Assembly (NCBI GenBank): GCA_002269645.1
Contig: NIVC01000221.1
Location: 1 to 64,000, forward strand
DNA from: Macrostomum lignano
Taxonomy: Eukaryota
Direction: 5' to 3'
Length of the DNA: 64,000 bases
The position numbers and the translations under genes are program-made. How positions within the stretch are numbered: position 1 is the stretch's first letter; each line of letters starts with the position of its first letter. The notes under the pieces are model-generated. The model had not been told where the DNA came from. It saw nothing but the letters and a program-made list of their open reading frames with translations, and did no database searches. Shown piece by piece: positions 10,976 through 22,549 of the stretch.

Positions 10976-11694
10976 ATGAGCATTTCCCAGCTGCAGTCGG
11001 CGTTGCTGTGCGCCCTCTTGACCTGTGCGGCTGGCAGGGTGGCTCATTTCTCTTATGTCGGTTGCTACCAAGACGCCGCTAACCCAAACAGAGACTTGAC
11101 AGGCCTGAAAACACTGAAAGGACTTAACAATCTGGGATCGTACATCACCGACGGTGCATTAATGTACAGCCCTGACATGACGCTCGGGGTCTGCAGCAAC
11201 TTCTGCTCTCTGTTCGGCTTCCCCTACTTCGGCGTGCAGGTCGGCAAGCAGTGCTTCTGCGGCAGCTCCTACGGACTCCACGGACAGCTCAGCGATAGCA
11301 AATGTAACAGCCAGTGCAAGGGAAACCCAGAGCAGATTTGCGGTGGCTTCACCATCAACTCCGTGTTCGCTCTGCACTACCCAAGTAAGTTAACATTGCT
11401 CCGTTCTCTTGGAGTTGCGAATTTATCTAATTGAGTAGGTTTTTGTTGGAACCACAACTTCCAGAAAGCAATGCCTACACTGTGCTGAAGGACATCACGG
11501 TGACCTCTGCCGTGGACTCGTCCTGGCCGGCCGCTGCCCAGTCTGACGCGGACTGCCTGCTCCAGTGCAGCGCCAGAGCCAACTGCAGCGCCGCCGTCTT
11601 CTCGAAGCAGCTGCTCGCCTGCCGCCTGCTGCCGTTCGCCTTCCCGCCAGCCAGCCTGACCGGACCGGAGTGGGCTGTGTTCATCAAAACTTAG
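10976..11694 (+). CDS. Secreted WSC-domain + PAN/apple-like protein, copy A (exons 10976-11384, 11465-11694; 212 aa)
   Basis: Signal peptide, then YVGCYQD...C..FC...YFGVQVGKQCFCG...C...C.G..EQICGG (WSC). Donor A|gtaagt and acceptor ccag| are both phase 1 (80-nt intron). Exon 2 CLLQCSARANCSAAVF...CRL is PAN/apple-like. Confidence 0.9.
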
Positions 11695-13340
11695 GTGATT
11701 TCAGAGAAAAGGACAAGCGGCTTCGAAGCCAAACAGCATGACAACGATTCGACTCTGAACAAAACTGAAAAAGATTTATCTCAGAAAAAAATCGGTTTTT
11801 GATCTAATAAGATTTTTGATGTGCTGGAATTCGCTTTGTTACTGTGAGATAGTGTGAGTTAAATAAAAAATGTTTTAAATCGATTGTCAATCAGCTTTTT
11901 GGCAATTAACAAATGGCATTAAACCATGCATCTTCCTGGGATTAAGATTTATTTCAATAGTTTTCCTGAGTGTGCTATTCGAGTTTTCACTTCCCCCGTA
12001 ATCCCATTAATTCTACGAAGTATATTGATTATTCTAAAAGAAAAAAACAAAATCATCTTAGTTCGAAAACCTTCCTAATATACTACTTTTACTCACTACT
12101 TGTATTAGTCCTCTAATTATCCACTTTCCATACGTATTCTTTAAACCTCATTCAATTTGCTGCCCAAAACCAGAGTCCCAACAACTTTCAACCATCAGTG
12201 CAGGGCCACCTGCACCTTCCTAAAAATTAATTTACAATTGAAGTTTTCTCATTTGTGCCACTAGGTTCCTATTATAAGCAGCATGATCCTAAGTTCGAAT
12301 CCAAATACCAGTGCAAAAAGGAATGCACCCAGTACACGCAATGGATCTAGACAGGATGGATCTAGAAATTAGGGATTTTGACAAGAATGCGTATTTATGC
12401 ACATTAGCGCACAATTTAGGTAACGACGCAAACCTGACTACTTTAATCAGCTCATGCGCTGCTTTTGAGACACTCGAAGGGCAGAAATCCACCTTCCAGC
12501 AGGAAGCTGCTAGCGACGCTGCATGGTTCCTCCGTGATCGTCGCAAAAGCTCGATCTCTTCTTTTTCGGGCGGTCGCGCTTTCCGCAGTATCTCGACAAT
12601 AAAAGATGGACGAAAAAAATTTGACGAATTGATTTTTTTTAGTTTTCATTTTGGTTCGGTCCTTCCAAGGATTTCTATTGTTTTGGGAAATACCTGATAA
12701 GAAAAGAAAAAAAGCTGCTCAAAAAATAGGAAAACCTTCGTTTTGAGGCTTGCTTCCTATGTTTAAAAACAGTATTGTATATAGAAGAAATTTTTTCAAT
12801 AACGGAAACTCACAGGCTAGGGAGCCAGTAACTGGGGGAGGCGGCCACCTTCCGAACAAAGGGCGAGACAAAGCTGTTGTAGTCAGTGGATTGGGTCATT
12901 GCGAGCATGGTTGCTCTGTGTCCACATGGTTGCCTTTAAAGACACAACAGGGATGTGGAGGGATCGACGGAGTATCAGGTGGCGTTGCAATCTGTGCTGC
13001 AGCCTGCTTGAAGCTGTCAAACCGCCACTGAGTGTCGGCTCTCGACAGCTTCCATCATCTTCTCCTGTGCTGCGAGTATCTCCCGTAGCTCTGCTTAGAG
13101 CCTGCAAAGTTTAGGGTCAACGTCCCTACAGTTTTATGCGTGTACTGAAAAGTTTAAACTTTTGTAGCTCGCCAAAAATATTGCCTGTGCTGCGGGAAAA
13201 TTTTATAACTTTCGTTCGCTCGCTTTCACGATTTCGTGAAAGGACCCATTTTGGGGGGAGTTTGTGCACGGAACTTGCCCGAGGGTTGTTGTGCAATTGA
13301 CAACCAATGAGGGACAGAGATTGTACATGCCTGACGATTA

Positions 13341-13436
13341 ACACACCCTCAATTACCCCAGCTATTGCTGGCACCCATTTTACCGCTGGGTGAACCGAAG
13401 CAATGCAGAGTAAATAAGTGTCTTGCTCAAGAACAC
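13341..13436 (-). mobile_element. SINE core fragment, inverted homolog of 10470-10565
   Basis: Its reverse complement matches the SINE core at 10470-10565. Confidence 0.65.
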
Positions 13437-13906
13437 GAACTATATACTCAGCAACATCGAAAAGTCGTCATCACAGAAGATCCAGTCTGTGGTCGCCACT
13501 TTTGAGAGCGCAGGTAAAGTCTCTCAATCCTTTGCGAGTGACGCAACTTAGCTACGCCACGCGGCAGACTTGAGTCGAGGAATGAAGTGGGGGGGGGCGG
13601 TGTGCGAGGGTTGGACGGATTAAAGCTTGTTTTGATTCATTGTTGTTTACGGGAATGAAGTTGTAGTACGCCACTGTCGGAGTTTTAGATACGCTCGCAA
13701 CTGTTTTAATCATCCTATGATCCGTCGCTAGTATCTGTGAATAATCGAGCATGGCTAATTCAAAGCTTACAGAACCGTCTGATTAGATAAAATCTGAATG
13801 CCTGTACTCAGAAAAGGATAAAAGGATGACGCTCGTGAGAGAATTGCTTCCAAGCTCCGGATGTTGAGATTCGATAGCTTTAACCCGTAACTATTCTTGA
13901 ATTAGA

Positions 13907-14614
13907 ATGAGAATCTCACTGTTAGAGTCGGCGTTGCTGTGCGGCCTCCTGACCTGTGCAGCCGGCAGGGTGGCTCATTTCTCCTACGTTGGTTGTTATC
14001 GAGACGGTGATAACTCGAACAGAGATATGACAGGTCTGAAAGGGTTAAAAAATCTGGGGCCGTACAGTATTGGTGTTGGCGACCTAGTGCACAGCCTCAA
14101 CAACATGTCGCACGAGTTCTGCAGCAACGTCTGCTCTCTGGGCCGCTTTCCATACTTCGGCGTGCAGGTCGGCAAGCAGTGCTTCTGCGGCAGCTCCTAC
14201 GGACTCCACGGACAGCTCAGTGATAGCATGTGCAACAGGCAGTGCACGGGAAACCCAGAGCAGATTTGTGGCGGCTTCTCAATCAACTCCGTGTTTGCTA
14301 TGACCTTCCCGAGTGAGTTAGCTCGACGCTGCCTCTTAGAATTTCAACTGAGAGAAAATCTTAATAAAATTACACAACTTTCAGGCAACAATGCATACAC
14401 TGTGCTGAAGGACATCACGGTGACCTCTGCCGTGGACTCATCCTGGCCGGCCGCTGCCCAGTCCGACGCGGACTGCCTGCTCCAGTGCAGCGCCAGAGCC
14501 AACTGCAGCGGCGCCGTCTTCTCCAAGCAGCTGCTCGCCTGCCGCCTGCTGCCGTTCGCCTTCCCGCCAGCCAGCCTGACCGGACCCGGATGGGCTGTGT
14601 TCATCAAAACCTAG
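13907..14614 (+). CDS. Secreted WSC + PAN/apple-like protein, copy B (exons 13907-14312, 14385-14614)
   Basis: Same architecture as copy A. Donor CCG A|gtgagt and acceptor ttcag|gc bound a 72-nt intron that is in frame and stop-free. Confidence 0.9.
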   Translation: MRISLLESALLCGLLTCAAGRVAHFSYVGCYRDGDNSNRDMTGLKGLKNLGPYSIGVGDLVHSLNNMSHEFCSNVCSLGRFPYFGVQVGKQCFCGSSYGLHGQLSDSMCNRQCTGNPEQICGGFSINSVFAMTFPSELARRCLLEFQLRENLNKITQLSGNNAYTVLKDITVTSAVDSSWPAAAQSDADCLLQCSARANCSGAVFSKQLLACRLLPFAFPPASLTGPGWAVFIKT

Positions 14615-15529
14615 TTGAGTCTTGTAAGGACGGACAAGCAGCTTCGAGGCCAAACAGCGTGACAACGATCTGAAAATAATAAGTTCTAGAGCTAGAGGCA
14701 AAAGAAACATTCTGTTGGACAATATTTTGAGTTTCGGTCTAATTAACTTTTGGATACCTGCACTGCAGAAGAAGATTGACAATTTTATGAGCATAGAATC
14801 TACGTAAAAGAAGTTTTTTGGAGAAGAAAGTTCCCTTCAATCGTGTCAAGACGATTTTTGCTCGCCAAATAAATAAAGTCGAGTTGAGAGGAAAGGAGAG
14901 GTTGGCTCTCACCTAATAAGCTATAGTGCTCAATGTGCATGTACATTTTCTTACTGATAGATGTAGTAAATCAGTGCATTTTATACGTTAAATAATCGCA
15001 TAGAGCATGCAAATTCACCGCAGATTTATCGTCAACAATCCAGTACCTAGTCTCCACATCCCTGGGAGCTGCTGACGCTACTGATGCACCTCCGGAGACA
15101 TCGGGGCTCACGTTTTCCAGCCTGCAATCTTCCGGAACTCTACCTGTAAAAAGGTACTTGCTGAGGAAGATAACAAAATGCATTGTGAGGGCATGCAGCA
15201 AGCTCATTTCCTGGTAACGGACACAAATACTTCCGGAGCAAAAAGCAGTGTGGATGGCAGAATTAAAAAAATTGAATTCAATCTCAGAAAACAATAGTTC
15301 GAAGAAAAACTTGGTCCTTGGATCGTTCTCAAGTTTTTTCAATCCAGTATAGCCGCGGTGCGGGAGCTACTGACGCTGCAGACATCCTATTGATGAGGAC
15401 AGACGTCGGATTTCTGTGGGCTTATGGCGTGTCACTTCGGACTCTGTTGTGATGCTGCTCTATTCGGTATGAGTATTGGCACGGCCAGTCAAGGTTGCAT
15501 GAAGGTGATGGGGCAAGGATCATGATTTC

Positions 15530-15935
15530 GAATGATTGAAAGGTTTAAATTTTCTCTCAGTCTCTCATCTCTGGATAGGCCAAACTGACACTTGTCTGCC
15601 TGCATGCAGAGTTGCTGTGCATACTCACGAATGCTCATTGATGCCGTGCGAGTGATATGCTGGAAATTGAATCTCTCAGCCATGACGAACGTCTTTGGTT
15701 CCAGGATGCTGGCCAGTAGTTTGGTCAGTTCATCGAAGCTCTTTTCTCCCGGCTTCTTGGAGCGGCTCGATCTGCCAATGCGTCGTACAGCTTGGTGCTG
15801 AGCTTCATCAGCAGCAGCTTATTTTTCGTGTCGTCCTGCCAGCCGTTGAGTTCGCTGCACAGTGTGAATCGGTCCAACCACCTCTGGAAGTTCGAACTTT
15901 CATCGAGTTTTTCGATGTCAACTTGCTGTCCTCTT
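15530..15935 (-). mobile_element. Degenerate Gypsy-like gag fragment
   Basis: Two adjacent frames give FQRWLDRFTLCSELNGWQDDTKNKLLL..KLYDAL and ERFNFQHITR...SIREYAQQLCMQADKCQFG...DERLRENL, the usual pattern of Gypsy-type gag capsid regions. Confidence 0.65.
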
Positions 15936-16522
15936 GATACTTGTGCGCTTGGGTTCTGCGCTGTCGCTGTTGCCGACTTTGTCGCTTGGACTGATTTCGA
16001 CGAGATCGCAAGCGGTGGTGCTTTGTCGCTCGAAACCGTTTTACCAACTCCTTTAGTTGGCGATGCTGGCGTACTTCCAGGCATTTTCGTAGCCTATGCT
16101 TGCGACGCCACTGTTGTGCTTTTGGCTTTTAGCCTTTAGCAATTGTCAGTCTAGCGGTCTGTTGACCTCTGACGCGTCTATTATTTATTCCATAACTCAA
16201 TAGCATGGTTCAATTCATCAACGCAGTCGCGTAACAAAAATGTCTATGGCAAAGCCATCAACCCACAACAACATCTAAAAACCTTCAACTGTCACTTGTT
16301 ATCTGATTTAAGACACGAATGTGTTTACTTATTAAAAACTGATGCTTGCTTGAATGGGATTTTGAGCGTGTTGTGACACTTTTACCGGCAAAACTGAACT
16401 TAAAATATTTGTATTTAATCTTTGACTGTTTATGGCAAGTCTAACTGAACGTCTTAACTCAGCACCTGGACCGCCTGTAACAAGCCAGTTCTGGAAATCA
16501 TTAATAAAATTTGTAGTTTTAA

Positions 16523-16640
16523 GACTACGTATCGTGCAGATTGTTGTCGATTTTTAGACAGATTTGACGCAAAAAAACGCAAATTATACTACTATTTGAA
16601 AATGAAGTAAGTAGTATATGAAAACGCTATCCTAAGCGTG
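16523..16640 (+). repeat. Left TIR (looser TGTACA/ATTAATCCC-rich subterminal similarity to ~17000)
   Basis: GACTACGTATCGTGCAGATTGTTGTCGATTTTTAG...AGTAAGTAGTATATGAAAACGCTATCCTAAGCGTGA matches the right end. Confidence 0.92.
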
Positions 16641-17376
16641 AAATATGTATACATAGCATATTTCTATATGTACTTGCATATGTACATTAATCCATGTACT
16701 GCATTAATCCCTATCTATCTCAAATGGATATGTACATTAATCCCATGTACATTAATCCCTATCTATCCCAAATTGTACATGTTCTATCCCCAATTCTATA
16801 TGTACGCAGTACATACTTCTACATTAATCTACATGTACAGTGTCTTCCCCAGACGGCCGGCGCGCTCTGTATGAATCACCAAGATTACATGTACAACTCG
16901 AAACCCTACTACATGTACAGTTGTGCGCAGAGGTGAGAATTGGTGTACAATCTCATCTAAATGAGTCAACTAATTGTACAGCTCACATCGTATATAAACT
17001 ATTTACAAAGAAGATATATTTACAATAAATCAGTAGCATATTACAGGAAAAATTTTATGTACATTACCAGCAAATAGAATAAACGGAAAATTTTACATTG
17101 TTTTTCAATATTTTTCTCTTCATAAATGATTTTAAGCAGGTCTGACACGCAAAATATGAACAATAGATTTTTACATTGGCAATTTCACCGCATACAATAC
17201 AAAAATACTTTATGCACATGAATTATGTACAACAAATAGATTCACGCTGATAAATTTGGCAATAGTACGAGCTACAATGCAAAAATGCTTTATGTACATT
17301 GATATGCAAATTATGTACAACAAATAGATTTTACTAATTTTATAATGCAAAATGTACATTGAATTGTCAGTCAGCA

Positions 17377-20300
17377 TTATTTATAGCCATAAGGCCTGCT
17401 GCAGGCCCCGTACACGCGTTTCGTCAGCACGCGCTGAAACGTCTTGTCCATACTGATCGTGTGTATGGTACAAGACGCCTTGTCGCGCCTGAACTGAAAC
17501 TGCGGCAGCTGCAGAGAGCCGCCGTGTAGCAGGGTGTTGCGCAAGTCATCGCTACGCTCCCGTATCTCCGGAGTCAGGCGGATGCCCTTGCATTTCAGGA
17601 CTTGGCTGCGGACACCGGCCGCATCCTCGACAATGTAAGTGTAGAGCTTGGGCCCCCCACTTACAAAGTCGGTCATCCGGCTGCCTGCGGGCACCTCATC
17701 GGTCCACATTCCGAGGCTCGTGCCATGGGGCGGCTCCCATTGGCCCTCGGAATGCCGGTAAACGACCCTGTGTGGGGGAGAGAAAAACGAGATAATTAGT
17801 TCCACATGCTAACTATTCAATTCTAAAAGAATTTTTCCAATGCAATACTTACGAGTCAGTGTCGCAGTAAATGGCCCGTTCGCCGAGCCCCTCCAATGCC
17901 TCGTACAGGCGCAGCCGGGCCTGCGTGGTCGTAAAGACTCCGATTGGCACATTGGAGTACCTGAATGGCCGCTGATTAAAGTAACGGTGCCGGTACTCTA
18001 GCAGCATAAACTCGCTGCCAATCGGTTCGCAGGCCTTGACTTTGAGGTTGGGGTCGGTCAGCCGGGCGAGCCAGTCCTCGTAGCTGGACACAATCTCGGT
18101 CGATGTCAGGTTGTCACGCTGACAAAATTTGCCCCAGAGCCTGTGTAGTGAAAAGAAAAGCTACTGTTAGTAGAAGAAAATCATTTAAAAAACAAAATTT
18201 ATGAATACTTACGAATTCAAAAAGATTTTCGCTACAAAGCGAAGTCCTGGGTTGGGTTCGACCTTGTCCAGCGTGACGCCCTCCTTGGCGAAGAAATCGG
18301 CAATATAGGCCGCCTTATCTTCATCCGACATGCCGGGGGAGCCGCTCGATTCGGCCTTCAGCTTCAGGAAGGCATTCACGTAATCACCGAACAGACCGGT
18401 CCGCTTCTCTGTCCAGTAGGCTAGCGCGTGAACAGCCTGCAGACGGTAGCCCAACTGGAAGGCCTTTTGCAGCTCCGGCGTTGCCCAGGTGCCAGTCAGC
18501 GCCCGTTCCTCGTCTGAGTGGTCGCAGCACTCGCCACCGCACTGCTGCTCCATACAGGTGCGGCAAAGCCCAAAAAAGAGCTTCTTTTGCACCCTGTACG
18601 GCAGCAGCGGAATATGCAAATCCGACGGCGGTAGCACAGTCACTTTGGCAATGCCAATTAAAGTAGCTGGCCAGCGCGTCAGAGTTGAGCGTCTGCGGCG
18701 TCTGATGCTGCACCGGGTGGCCAATCGGGTATGGGTCTTTCGACTGCACCGTCGGGTACAGAGAGACCTGCAAGTTGAAATAAAGCATTATTTTTCATAA
18801 ACTGTATTTTTACAAAATATTCTACTATATCAGTAGTATCACTACTCACCACATCCCGATATTTGAGCGTCTCAGTCTCGCTGGCCACAGCATGCGGGAT
18901 AAAACACTCTACGCGGCCGCCATAGAGCGCATCCTCCATCTTGAGTGGAGCGCGCAGATGGGCAGTTGCGGCGATAAAATCGGTCTGCGGTGCCAATACA
19001 GCGTCGTATTCGTGCTCCCAAATGACTCGAACACTGTAATTATCGAGTGCAACTCGCGAGTGAACCACTCGGTTTCGTGGCGAATGTGGCTCAGAGGCTG
19101 CCGTTTGAGCGGGTGGACGACATCCTGATCGGGCATGCACTGCTCCCAGCCATGGTAGAAACAACCAAGAAACTGCAAAACAGTGTTGCTAGCCTCATCA
19201 AAGCCGTCCACCTTGCGGCCGAGAATGACCGCCTCGCCGCCAGTCGAGTCGCAGGTGCGCAGCCGCCCGCCAAATTCGGTGGCATTCAAATAGGCCAGCC
19301 ACTTGCGCGCCTTGAATGACTGCTGGTCGGCCTGCCGGGCAATCACGCCGACCGAGTTGGGCTCCATGAATTTAGTAGTAAATACGGCCATTGCCAAACT
19401 GGCAATCGTATTGGCCTGAACAAACGGTTCCAGGCCGTCGCAAATGTCGCCAATTATTGCCCTGTACTTGATGCAGCCCTCGCGAAGCAGAACTGTGTCA
19501 CTCAAACAATAATCGAGATACTCCCGATTAAAGTTGAACAACTCGCCCTGTCGCGAGGCCAGCCAAGCACAGATGGAGTCGTAGTCATTGTTTGCTTTGC
19601 CGCCATAATATTCAATAGCCGGGTAGGGGCCCACGTAGTTCCAATTAGCCGGCTTGTTAAACTCGTGGGGAAAGGTCCCCTTGGCCAGCTTTGTGTCAGC
19701 GAGCCCCAGCGCTTTGGGGAATTGCGCAAGCGGGATTGGTATAAATTTTAACGAATCTTTAAATACCAATTTATCCACCGTCATGCTCATTAGCCGGCTG
19801 CCCTGGAACAGTACTTGGGGCCGCTTCTTGGCCAGGCCGTTGAGCAGAGCGCCAAGCAGTAGAAACGCATCATAGCCTGATGCATTGTGCGCGACAACAA
19901 TGGCGCCGCCTCGGAATGTGGTGCTCAGCCAGGCGAAAAACGCATTCAGCGAGGCCGGGCCCACAGCCACAAAATCGGCCATTTGGCAGGCGCAGTCTGA
20001 GTGGCTGACGCAATTGGAGAATTCCTCCCCCAGATCGCGGCCAGTCAGACAATTGGCGGCGCTATGCAGGCCATTGCAGAGGCGGCAAGTCTCGCGCGGA
20101 AACGCCCGGCCGGAGCAGGTCTCGCAGCACGTGACGGCAGTCACCAGATGCACGTGATGCTGCTTCTCCTCGTCCGTGTACGTTTCCGTATCGTAGAACA
20201 CGTACGGCATAGTCGAAGCTTTCACTTTGGGAGCCTTGACGAAACACAAATGTGAGCCGGCCTCGTCGTACTGTTTACACAGTGGGCACTTGACATGCCC

Positions 20301-21422
20301 GCACTTGTGCTCCGGCTCCTTCTGGCCCGCTTTCATCTCCTCCAAATATCCGCATTTGGAGCAGACGCGTATGGAGCTGCAGCGAGACCTGCCGGCTCGG
20401 TTTTTTGGCGGTGATTGTTAAAGCACTGCTGATTGTAGCACTTGAGGCCACAATCAGCGCAGCGCTTATAGTCACACCGCAGGCTCTTGCAATTGGAGCC
20501 GGGCACTTTACACTGAGGGCAGGTGTTGGCGCACTTGTGTTCTCCAGACACGCAGTCGTACGGCTGCTGGCAGCTTTCACAATAGCGGCGAGCACCGAAA
20601 AATGGCGGTACCTTGCACACCGCGTTAAAGTGTTCGCCAATTAGGTGCAGATTCAGCACCGTGTTGCCGGGCAGGGCATACACACACGTGTTGCCTTCCT
20701 CAGCACTGTACACACGAACGCCGAAATCCCGGCCGGGTGACTGAGCGTTCATGGCGGCGAGCAGTTGAGGGAGCACGTCAACCCAGAAAGGCCCGGCCTG
20801 TGCAATGGTTGATAAAGACTAAAACATTTGTATATTAATAAAAATGCAAATTAAAATGTGCAAGAACATTTTTACTCACCGAATACGGATTGGCAGCAAT
20901 CTGAAGCTCCCCAGTCAGCTTCGTCTGCAGTGAGGAGTCGGCTTTGATAGTCCGCCAAGCCCGCTTAGTGATGGCCTTGGCCTGCAGATCGGCGTATGCC
21001 TTGGCGACAATCAGCGCCCGGATAAGGCACCGCTTGTCGCGGTTGGCAATGACAACGTAATTATAGCCCATTGAATGGCGTGCCTGGATGTGGCGCTCCG
21101 CCGCATCTAGGCTGCCGCAGCCGCCCCGCGGGACCCAGGCCTTGAGTAAAAACAATTTAAAGTTGTTGCCCAAGACACTGGAGTCCGACTGCAGAACCTT
21201 GTTGATATGTTTAAATATCAACTCTGCAGTGAAGCGGGCGGCGCGGACCGGCGGGACATTGATGGCGAGCATCATATTGTCCGCTGTCAGCTTAGATGCG
21301 ACGAAGTCATCTGCATTCAGGTCGCTGCAAAGCACAGAAATTATATTCTCAAATGTTGAGCGAATATCGCTCAAATTTGTGAATACTATCTCGTATTCGA
21401 CCCCTTTTGCCTTAAAGGGCAT
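17377..21422 (-). CDS. pPolB: Protein-primed family B DNA polymerase, Polinton type, multi-exon (21422-20880, 20797-18850, 18767-18213, 18140-17853, 17767-17377); ~1240 aa after correcting three 1-nt indels
   Basis: Exo motifs FYDTET, HNASGYD, FKDSLKF and YCLSD; polymerase motifs DVV|SLYP, KIFLNS|LWGKF, YCDTDS|VVY and GPKLY; C-terminal KRVY..SRPYGY. All four introns are GT-AG and phase-matched (82, 82, 72, 85 nt). Frame breaks at ~20403, ~19044 and ~18658. Confidence 0.92.
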
Positions 21423-22163
21423 ATGAACTTAGGAGTCAGAATGGAGCCTGAAGCATTGGGTCCCGATTTCTCTACGCCAATCCCTTCATTTGGAGCCAAA
21501 TGGCTCCCGTTATGCCGAAAACCCGACCACTTTAGCGTTTGGGGATCTCTGTGGGGAGAAAGGGGATAAATGTGGATTTCATGTGAACTTAAGGCTCTTA
21601 AGGCTCTTAAGGCTTGCAGCGGTGATTACATCATACATCACCCCCGAGCCCAAAAAATCGGGGGTTGATTTTATCACTGCCAGAAAGCCTGCATGCCCGC
21701 TGAGTCACGTTCGCGCCGCAGGATTGCTGTTTTTTGCTTCTTCTCTCTCTAGTTCAAGGATGAGTCAAATACTGCCCCTGGAATTTTATGACTATCCTCT
21801 ACAGGTATTATCCAACTATACTGCTGTTGCGGATATTCTCCGAAACTCTGTTATTTCAATAGGCCTGAATTGAGAAATCCAAATAAATCTAAAGCAAAAG
21901 CAGTTTCTTCCCTTTTACTTCAATGTGATATCTATGGCAGGAGGACGGCCTGACTTCAGAAATTTTAAGCCAAAACGAATGTTAAAGATGGAAAGCTGTG
22001 GTTTCAAAGAAAGCCCATATTTCAACAAGCGTGAAGTTTGCAAATCACACAAATGCTAAAGCTGAAAAGCAGTTATACAGCCCTATTTTTCTGAATTTAG
22101 ATTTCGCAAATGCTAAAGATTAAAAGCATAGTTTTACACACAGAGACTTGCAACAAGACTCAC

Positions 22164-22323
22164 CTAGCTGTCGCCCCCTCTTTGCGGCCGGAGGCTGATG
22201 CTGATGCTGCTGCTGCTGTGGTTGCTGCTGCTGCTGCTGTGGTTGCTGCTGCTGCCTGGATGGGCCGGCATGCCCCCACAAGGCTGAAATAGCCGCTTCC
22301 GCGGCAGAGCGCTTCGATGCCAT
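22164..22323 (-). other. Putative Gln-rich first coding exon upstream of pPolB (MASKRSAAEAA...QQQQ...PAAKRGRQL|gtgagt)
   Basis: First ATG downstream of a TATATAAA box (22542-22549), ending at a strong donor CTAG|gtgagt (phase 1). The downstream acceptor is not certain. Confidence 0.4.
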
Positions 22324-22541
22324 TTCGATGGGGAAGGTAGATGGTTGTTGATGCTGCTGGTGATGTTGTTGAGGCAGTTGGCGCTGCTGTTGTTGCTTTT
22401 GTTGCTGCTGCTGCTGTGCTGATGCTGCTGCTGTGTTGCCGCTGTTGCAGGCTGATGCTGTTGAAGCAGTTGATGCTGCTGTTGTGGCTTCTGCTGCTGC
22501 TGGCTGCTTTTGCTGATGCGGCTGCAGCAGCTCTCACCCGC

Positions 22542-22549
22542 TTTATATA
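22542..22549 (-). promoter_or_regulatory. Putative TATA box for the pPolB-side transcript
   Basis: TATATAAAGCGGGTG on the minus strand, followed by a CAG-rich ATG-free leader. Confidence 0.45.

Noticed and set aside
12311-12697. 128-aa ORF between WSC A and B
   Set aside because: No start context, motif or splice support that I can defend.
20401-20406. Programmed -1 ribosomal frameshift at the A6 run in pPolB
   Set aside because: The codon phase (CAA AAA ACC) does not give a canonical X XXY YYZ slippery site. Two other indels nearby are better explained by error or decay.
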